DNA of 64,000 nt, taken from Stegostoma tigrinum (lineage: Eukaryota). A program made the position numbers and the translations under genes. The stretch spans positions 43,989,254 through 44,053,253 of the forward strand of contig NC_081363.1 in the NCBI RefSeq assembly GCF_030684315.1. Direction: 5' to 3'. Of the stretch, positions 54,141-64,000 are shown piece by piece (position 1 is the stretch's first letter; each line of letters begins with the position of its first letter). The notes beneath the pieces were generated by a model that saw only the letters and a list, made by a program, of their open reading frames with translations, was not told the DNA's origin and ran no database searches.

Positions 54141-54958
54141 GGGAATTTGCTGTGAAAGGCAGGTCCAAGGATTAGAATTGACACAGAAATACAAGGGCAA
54201 ATATATGATCACACTCACTTCGCTTAGACACATACCATCATTATGTGTTGCAGCAAAGCAATGCCTGATTACCGAAGAAGAGCAGAGAAATGATACGTGA
54301 GACGGTGGGACCGGTCATGATCCACAAAATGCTCACGGTAGTAGCTATGAAGAAAATAACTTCGTTGAGAGGGGAATGGCCACAATCCATTCGTGGTGCT
54401 TTGTCAATCAGTGCATGAAACCAGCAGCAATATGATTTAATCTCAGAGACGACGGGCTTTTCCTGTTTATTTGATTGGAAATGGTGTGCGGGGATACAGG
54501 GAAAAGGCAGGGGACTGGCAGTAGATAACAGCGAAGACAGGATGGGCCGAATGGCTTCCTCCTGCACCAGAGTAACTCGGTGATTCTGGCGCCTTCAGCA
54601 GCTTGCAGCGTTGCCTCGAACGGCATCCACACAAACCTCAGCCGGAAAACAACAAGCCCCAGTTTCCCCGTCCCTCGGACAAGGCGACCGGTCCCAGCTG
54701 TCGACTGTTCACTCAGCCCGAGCTAACTACTTCATTCAGGCGATGAGGAAGCGAGATTTATTTCTCACCCGTACAAGAAACCCTCAAAATTCAAAAAGAA
54801 ATCGCAATCCCGCGGATACTGGAAATCTGAAATGAGTACAGAGAAACTCGTCAGGTCGCGGTAGCATTTGTGCACAAAGTTACTGTTTCAAGTCCAATGT
54901 GCCTTCTTCAGGTCTGTATAAGATCAATCTACTCAAGGCTGTGCGGACTCAAATTTTA

Positions 54959-55800
<842 letters not shown>

Positions 55801-57611
55801 GAGCCTCGCGTCATTAATAAAAAAGCAGAACATACCTAACAGCTTCAGTGGTCGTTAGCCACTTTCAGGGCAGGGTTTAAAAAAAGCAAATCTCCGATTT
55901 ACCCCAAAATTGGAGGTATTTTGAACGACAGGCTTGGCCTCTAGCTAACTGATCTATTAGTTCAGATGTTAACACTGTCGCAAGCAACAGCCGGTGCTTA
56001 GCCTGTTGAGGTCTCCCAATTCCAGGCTCTTATCTCAATTATTACAGATTTGGTAACTCAGTCACAAAAGAATTAGGCAGGGATAACACAGATTTAGGAA
56101 AACGAATGGGTACTTGTTCGTTGAGGTTGGAACCTCAAAAGGTTGGTAACGAGGAGAAATGAACACAATGCTGGTGCTGCCAGGCCTGCTGCGTTTCTGC
56201 TGCATTCTTTGTGCTTGTTTCAGATTTCCAGCATCTACAATGTTTTGCTTTCATACACGAGGACTCAGATGTTAAAATTGGATTTTCAAAGAAATCATTT
56301 GACGAGGTGCACACAGGATATTATACGAAGGATCTAACAAAGTGAAATGTCAAATGATTTGGAATTCTCAACCCGAGAGATGTGGATGCTCAGTCCAGGT
56401 CCGAAACGTCAGCTTTCCTGCTCCTCTGACGCTGCTTGGCCTGCTGTGTTCATCCAGCTCTACACTTAGTTATCTCAGATTCTCCAGCTCTCATTCTAGA
56501 TTGCCCAATATGAAGAAACACCCTCTTCACGGCTACTTTGCAAGTCCCCTCTAGCATCTTGTTTACCTCAATTATATAATCCTGTTGACTTAGGCCCTTC
56601 AGCCTAACAAGTCCACACCGATTCTCACAGCATCCCGCCCAGATTTTCCATCCCCCTATAGTCCACCTAATCTACACATCTTCCTACCTTCCATTTCTTC
56701 TAAACAGTAAAGAACGCTTAAACTGCTTAACCTCCCTTCATAACGTAAAACCTTTGGAACAATCCCGTAAACCTCCCCTAACCTGCTTCCAAATGTCTCC
56801 ACAAGCAAGGGATCGAAAACTGTACCTTTGTACTACAGCACCCGAAGTACTTCCAAAACAGAAACTGTCGTTTTTTAGGTACCAAAAGAAATAAGGAAGT
56901 TGTAAAAATATGGAGGAAGATAGAATCTATAAGATTGATGATCGTATTGAAAAATCTACTTGTTTTTATTTCTAATGTAGGGAGACGGTAGGAGGAAAGA
57001 AGACAGAATTGCTACTGAAGGCACTGAAAACTTGTGAAAACAGGAATTTCCTTTAAAAAAAATTCTCTTTTAAAAGAGACCACGGACTTTCCACCGCCCC
57101 ACCCCAACCCAGCCCGCAAATCCCCCTTTCTGAATTTAGCAACGGTCATTTGGTAAGGATGATGCAAGAAGTCACATCAATATCACCATTAGATGCTGGG
57201 TCCCATGAACTTACTTTTCGTTATTTTCTGAAACCTGGCTTACGGAATTTGAACTTTTTAGGGCCGATCTCTTAACATAGATTTAATGTTATACATAATC
57301 TTGAAAAATACGATGCTATGAAATAGCAAGAAAAGTCGCACACTATAAAAACATCTTAGGTGCCAACAGGACATCAAATGTGATTTTTTTTTCTTGCACA
57401 AGTAGCATACTAAGCAAACACATACTTGCCGATAGCGCACAGTCAGGGACAGCCAGCTGGTTACCGCTTTGCCCGAGAGACAGCAAGAGCGAGAAACAGC
57501 CATAGAAAGATTAAAATTATAAAATCCCTGCCATTACGCAATCTCAATATTTGAAAAGAGACAGTCAGTTCATGTTTCTAGACTGAACTTTCATCAGAAC
57601 TAGCAACGGTT

Positions 57612-57866
57612 CGGAAAGTTGAGGGGTGATAGATTTAAGACAGATGTCAGAGGCAGGTTCTTTACTCAGGAGAGCGGTAAGGGAGTGGAACACCCTGCCT
57701 GCCAATGTAGTTAAATCAGCCACATTACGGGCATTTAAACAGTCCTTGGATAAGCATATGGATAATGACGGGATAGTGTAGGCGGTGGGGCTTAGATTAG
57801 TTCACAGGTCAGTGCAACATCGAGGGCTGAAGGGCCTGTTGTGCGCTGTATTGCTCTATGTTCTAA
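57612..57866 (+). mobile_element. CR1 LINE 3' end
   Basis: Similar to 8660-8915. Confidence 0.7.
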
Positions 57867-57929
57867 ATGTAATAAGACTTGGAAAACTGAAAAGGGAAAA
57901 TGCAGTGAGAACAAAAGGGAAGGAATATG

Positions 57930-60552
57930 ACATAGATGAGGGTTGGAGAAACTACCTAGGGATGATGATATGTCCTGTTGTGGTGGCACAATAGTATACC
58001 AGTCAGGAGGGTGTTGCTTTGGGAGTCCTCAACATTGACTTCAGCCCCCACAAATTCTCATGGCTTCAGGTTAAGCATGGGCATGGAAACCTCCTGCTGA
58101 TTACCATATACCATCTTCCACAGCTGATGAAACAGTACTCCTCACTGTTGAGCAACACTGAAGAGGAAGCACTGAGGATAGCAAGGGCACAAAATGTATT
58201 CTGGGTAGGGGATTTCAATGTCCACCACCAGGAATGGCTCAGCAGCAGTTCTACTGATCGAGCTGGTCGGGTTCTGAAAAGGATAGAGCTGCTAGACTGG
58301 ATCTGCGGCAGATGGTCTTGGAACCAACAAAGGAGGGAAACACATGCTTGAATTCATCCTTACTAATCTGCCAGGTGCAGTAAGAGAGTACCCATTGCAC
58401 AGTACTGTTGGAGCCTTCACATTGAACATACAACACAATGGAAGTTATCATCATGCAAAAATGTGTACAGACTTCACACAGATCGAGCAACTCAAGACTG
58501 GGCATCCATGAGGTGCTGTGGGCCATCACCAGCAGCAGAATTGTATTCCAGCACAACCTGTAACCTCAAAGCCTGGCATATCCTCCACTCAACCATTACC
58601 GTCAAGCCAGGGGATTAACCCTGGTTCAATAGAGAGTGCAGGAGGCCATGCAGCACCATGTATACCTGAAGATGAGGTATCAACCTGGTGAAGCCACCAA
58701 ACAGGATTACTTGCACGCCAAATAGCAAAAGCAAGTGATCAACAGAGCTAAGCAAACCCACAACCAATGGGTCAGATCTAAGCTCTGCAGTCCTGCCACA
58801 TCCAGTAGTGAATGGTGGTGGACAATTAAACAACTCACTGGAGGAGAGGAGGCTCCACGAATATCCCCATTCTGAATGATGGAAGAGCCCAGCATATCAG
58901 TGCAAAAGATAAGGCTGAAGCATTCACAGCAATCTTCAGCCAGAAGTGCCGAGTCGATGATCCATCTCTGCCTCCTCCAGTGGTCTTCAGCATTACAGAT
59001 ACCAGTCTTCAGCCAATTCGGTTCACTCCACGTGATATCAAGAAACAGTTGGAAACACTAGATTCTGTAAAGGATACGGGCCCCAACAAAATTCCAACAA
59101 CTGTATTGAAGACTTGTGCTCCAGAACTTGCTGCTCCCCTAGCCAAGCTGTTCCAGTACAGTTACAATATTAGTATCTACCATACCATACAATTTGAAAA
59201 ATTGCCCAGGTAAGTCCTGTACACAAAAAGCAGGACAAATCCAACCCAGCCAAATACCGCACTATCAGTCTACTCTCAATCAATAGTGCAGCACCCGCTC
59301 AGAAATAACCTGCTCAGTGACGCTCAGTTTGTGTTCCGCCAGGGCCACTCAGCTCTTTACCTCATTACAGTCTCGGTCCAGACAGGGACAAAAGAGCTGA
59401 ATTCCAGAGGTGAGATGAGAGTGACAGACCTTGACATCCAGGCTGCACTTGACAGACAGTGGCATCAAGATGACATAGCAAAACAGGAATCAATAGGGGG
59501 CAAACTCTCCAGTGGTTTGAGTCAGTCCTGACACATGGGAAGATGGTTATGGTCAAATCATCTCAGCTCCAGGACATCACTGCAGGTTAGTGTCCTAGAC
59601 CCAACCATCTTCAGCTGTTTCATCAATGGCCTTCCCTCCATCATAAAAGGTCAGAAGTGGGGATGTTTGATGATAATTGCACAATGTTCAGCACCATTCG
59701 TGACTCCTCAGATACTGAAGCAGTCTATGTTCAAATGCAAAATTTGGACAATATTCAAGCTTGACCTGACAAATGGCAAGTGGCATTCACACCACGCAAA
59801 CGCCACGCTATGATTACCACCAAAAAGCGACAATCTAACCACAGTCTCTTGACATTCAATGGTGTTAACATCACTGAATCTGACACTAATCAACATTCTG
59901 GATGTTATTATCGACCAGCAACTCAACTGGACTCACCACATAAACATAGTGGGTACAAAAGTGGGCCAGAAGCTAGGAATACTGGGGTGAGTAATTCACC
60001 TCCTGACTCCTCAAAGCCTGTCTGCTATCTACAAGGCGCAAGTCAGGAGTGTGATAGAATGTTCCCCATTTGTCTGGATGAGTGCAGCCCCAACAATACT
60101 CAAGAAGGTGACACCATTCAGGACAAAGCAGCCCACTTGATTGGCACCACACAAGCATTCACTCCTTCCAGCACTAATGCTCAGTACACACTGCTGCTTC
60201 TATCTACACGATGCACTGCAGAAATTCACCAATGATCCTTATATAGCACCTTCCAAACCCACATTTCCATCTGAAAGGATAAGGACATCAGGGAGATGGG
60301 AACACCACCACCTCCAAGTTACCCTCCAAGCCACTCACCATCCTGACTTGGAAATATATTGCCCTTCATTCATTGTAACTAGTTCAAAATCCTGGAATTC
60401 CTTCCCTAATAGAATTGTGGGTCAACCCACAGGAGGACTTGAGCAGTTCAAGAAGGCAGCTCATCACCACCTTCTCAAGGGCAATAGGGATGGGCAAGAA
60501 ATGCTGGCCAGCCAGAAATGCCCACATTCCACAAATGAATAGAAACAAAAAA
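57930..60552 (+). mobile_element. Long decayed CR1/L2-group LINE ORF2 (APE endonuclease + RT) with intact 3' tail
   Basis: Frameshifted pieces: GDFNVHH (APE), GPNKIPTTVLKTCAPELAAPLAKLFQYS, QFVFRQGHS, SVLDPTIFSCFIN. The tail ...ttcaagaaggcagctcatcaccaccttctcaagggcaatagggatgggcaa is also at about 6500-6660(+), 26430-26610(+), 45840-46110(-) and 11500-12650(-). Confidence 0.8.
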
Positions 60553-60879
60553 AGGCTTTATGCTGACCTTGAAATTCTTATAGAGTGGAGGTCAATGGTG
60601 ATGAAACATAGGCTTTTACGAAAGAAAGATAGACAGGCTCAAAGAGATCAAAATCAGAATAATGAATAAAGGCAAGGGTGGGATTAGTTTGCAGATATGT
60701 CTTCAAATCCTGCAGACAAATCTTCTCAAACTTTTAAAGGTGAGATTATTAGAAGGGACAAAGTCAAAAGAAAGGGCAAAGATCCAAAGGGCTGTTGGTA
60801 TCCAATAAAGTTAAGCTTACAATCACTCATAACTGAAAGGCAAAGTTTTTTGCTGTATGAGTGATGACATTCATCAGTC

Positions 60880-61465
60880 CACAAATGTAACCCAAAGCTT
60901 CCAGTTGCTGGTCATTGAATTTCTAGGCCTCTTGCCATATTCCCATAAAGCTCCACACAAGGAGCAGCAACTTATTCTCCTGAATGGACACTTTACGACC
61001 TTCTGGAATTAAAACCGAGTTAGCACTTTTAGTAAATGCAAAAAGTTAGCAAAAAGCAATTATGATACATAAATTTAGTTGTAATTTGTGCCCCACTTTG
61101 TGTTTTGTCTTCTTTCCTCATTCCCCTGACCATCCCCTGTTTTCTCCGCTTCAGGATAGGAGCTTCTTTAGATCCTGCCTTCAGGCCTCCTCTACACATT
61201 TTTTACTTTCTGTCCCGTTTCAATTTCTTTCAGCCTTGCATAATTAAACTTTTTTCCTAATTTTATCTCCCATCTCCCCAAGTGAACAGAAAAGTTTCCC
61301 TTCAATTTTTCCCCCTCTACTCTTTTTCTTTCAAACAAACAATCAAAATCCATCACGTTTCACTTTTCAGGCAGCCACTTTGTAAACTGATTTTCTCCTC
61401 ATAGATACTGCTGAGTATTTCCAGCGATGTTTTATTTCAGAATGCCAGCATCTGTGGTTTTCTTG
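60880..61465 (+). mobile_element. Highly degraded Penelope-like 3' fragment
   Basis: ctaggcctcttgc...ggagcagcaacttattctc...ggacactttacgaccttctggaattaaaaccgagttt resembles the GLL...EQQLIF.LGTL.P.GIN..F coding tail. It is followed by a pyrimidine-rich stretch and a second-family tip. Confidence 0.5.
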
Positions 61466-62344
61466 GCAGAAATCAATAAATTCAACCTTTTAGATACGTC
61501 TGACATGTAAATTTGATCCACCCAGCAGACAATTTCTACACAAGTGGTCCAAATACACAAACTCCTCCAAAATGGGTGATGACTGATGGGTACTTACAGG
61601 CAGCAGTAGGTGTGTAAGTACTGTGAACTTTTCTCCATTTCTAACTTTCTAAGTTATTCAAACAAGGTATACTCATAGCACTCAAACAGGGTGAGATGCA
61701 AAACCAGGAACTGAATTACATCTATTTTGCCTCTATTTCTAAGCTGACAGCAGTAACAAATTGTGTTGTAATAATATTGAATATCTGAAAAATGACAAAT
61801 TTACAAATATTTGATGCAAATTCTGATAAGAATCAATCTTTAAAAATGGCCATTGTTGTTATTGTATTGTATATTGAGGCATTTAACAAAGTAGCTCTTT
61901 GCTACTGCTCAAGAAGAATAATTACATGCTAAAGAGACCTCTTTCATTTCTCCAAGTTCAACATTTACAGATGGTATACTTCAGGAGGCATGTATATTTC
62001 TTAAACAGCTGTTTTCAGGAATGAGTATATAATGTGATACTTACATGACACTTATCAGTTTGCTGTTTACATGACTTGCTATATTTCACTGTGAATGCAG
62101 AAGCTGTAAGCGAATGTTTTGTAAACCAATTTCAAAATATATTGATTAATCGCTAACTTTAAACTAGGGTTAGATAGAGGTCCGTTAACGAAATACACAA
62201 AATTTGCACCCACCTCAAACAAATGGGTAGGATGAAGACTTATAAACTTAAATTTAAGCACTCCCGTCAGAAAGGGATTATTTTCTATTGCAAGTTATAA
62301 AATAGCTCTTATGCAAAAAGCAATTATGATACATAAATTTGAAC

Positions 62345-63701
62345 CCATGCATTGAATATTTTATTTTACATTATTTACAGGTACATATTACAGAGCTACA
62401 ATTAATTCAAGTTTTTTGCTACAAATAGTGTTTATTCCACTGAATTAGAGTCTTTAATATGTATGACTAATTTTAAAGGATGTGAATAAAATTTGCTGAA
62501 AGATCTTCAAAATAAAGTGGAGGCATAGAAACCAGCCATTCATAGGTTGAGGTAGAAATTGAAAATTATGACTTTAAAACATTCACTGCTTATAATCATA
62601 AATCATACTCCAACTCCAAAGTTGAAAGAATAAATGGTGAAATGGAATGATTTTCTAAATCATTTGAGCCAGAAGATCGTTTATATCAAAAAATTAAAAT
62701 TATGTTTGAAAAATTTACATGTTTTATTACCTTTTATAAACTATGACTGCATGTGTATAGAAGACACCTTTGCTATGCACTGTATGTGAAAAGATTAAAA
62801 TATGAAAAAAAATCTGCTGTGGCACCTAAACAGATAAGCTTTACAAATTAAAAGTGGGACAGAAAGTGCTTAAATGGTGTTGTTGTACAAAGACAGTGTA
62901 GGAGTTTAGCCGCTAAATTATACACTACAATATGCTTACGCATACAGACAGCTTTTAAAAGGAACATTTTTCTCCCTTTCAGCCCCAAGCTTTAATAACA
63001 TAAATGGAACTAAATGGCATCATTACCTATCTTTTCCCATAAGTGTCTAATCTTTCTTACAACTGGCAGATTAATAAATAAAGCTTTTAAATATTCAATT
63101 TAACACTATACTATGACAGAATTCAAGCTGTACAGTCTTGCAGTGGGTGCATTAAAAATCCTATAAAATTGCAACAATTTTAAGCAAGGGAAGATTTCCA
63201 AAGGAATAGAGTTAGTACTCAAAGTAGATTCAGACAATATACAACACAGAACATTATGAAACACCAAATTTTGCTGAAAAATATTTATAAAATAGAAGGC
63301 TTAAGAAGATAGTTATGAGAAACTGTGGCACTTTAAGAACACTGCAGCATATTTTCATTTTGAATTACTGTGCTTTTATAATTAGAAATTGGATCTTTAT
63401 AGATTTCAAAAATTCAGTTAATCATAGCTCTTATGAAGCAAATTTGACATGACCGATCAACCACACAGTGGCTGAATATTTTAATTAAGTCACATCCAAC
63501 TACCAAATTTACTTCTTTGCTGAGAAAATCTACCTCATGATAGAATCAAATATAAAAGTACACCAATAACAAGGCTACTGTAGTCACAGCTGGACTTCTG
63601 TTGTTTTCTGTTTCCCTTACTAAATCTTCATTGTTGGAAGCAGTTGTGGTGTTAGTCCTGTTTCAAGCAACAATCATCATGATTACATTTCTTGGTGTTG
63701 C
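62345..63701 (-). other. MAP4K5: Probable MAP4K5 3' UTR
   Basis: Repeat-free AT-rich stretch after the stop codon, with AATAAA on the minus strand at 62360-62365. Confidence 0.6.
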
Positions 63702-63789
63702 TTAGTAACTATTTTCGTGGCCAGCTAGGATGTAGAGATTGCTGTGGGCTGTAGGATTGTCCGTTGGTCGACTTTCTAGCACTACAACC
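63702..63789 (-). CDS. MAP4K5: MAP4K5 last coding exon
   Basis: ttttattgcag|G, then [28 protein letters not shown]. This is the MAP4K5/MAP4K3 C-terminus; synteny supports MAP4K5. Confidence 0.92.
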
Positions 63790-64000
63790 CTGCAATAAAA
63801 AGTAAACCATATAGTTGGGCTCATATTTTTCAATAAAATCCAAATATATTTTATAAACATGATTGCTGGAATCAATGTTGTTCAGACAATTTTCTTTCAG
63901 AAGAAGTTAATCTGTGGTGCAGCAAGAAAAATGGACTTGTTTTTAAAAAAGTGCACCACAACTTGCAGGAGTGTGCGTGCAACCCTTTCCTACCCTCTCA

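Overview
AT-rich vertebrate genomic DNA. The repeat content (HE1-type SINEs, Deu-domain SINEs, CR1 LINEs, Penelope-like elements) points to a cartilaginous fish. The window holds a block syntenic with the human chr14 locus. L2HGDH (- strand) has coding exons 1-6 here and runs off the left end. It is head-to-head with a complete DMAC2L/ATP5S (+, 4 coding exons, 198 aa). DMAC2L is convergent with a complete CDKL1 (-, 9 coding exons, 348 aa). The last exon and 3' UTR of MAP4K5 (-) lie at the right end. All exons were rebuilt by hand with GT-AG boundaries and consistent phases. The most notable non-genic signal is a set of Penelope-like (RT + GIY-YIG) insertions whose terminal repeat carries a minimal hammerhead-ribozyme-like motif. 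Many of these sit as head-to-head hairpin elements with 11-15 bp target-site duplications and a stereotyped long-arm/short-arm asymmetry ending at TTATC(T). A second, older family shows the same architecture. Repeat boundaries are approximate. No database search or folding computation was run.
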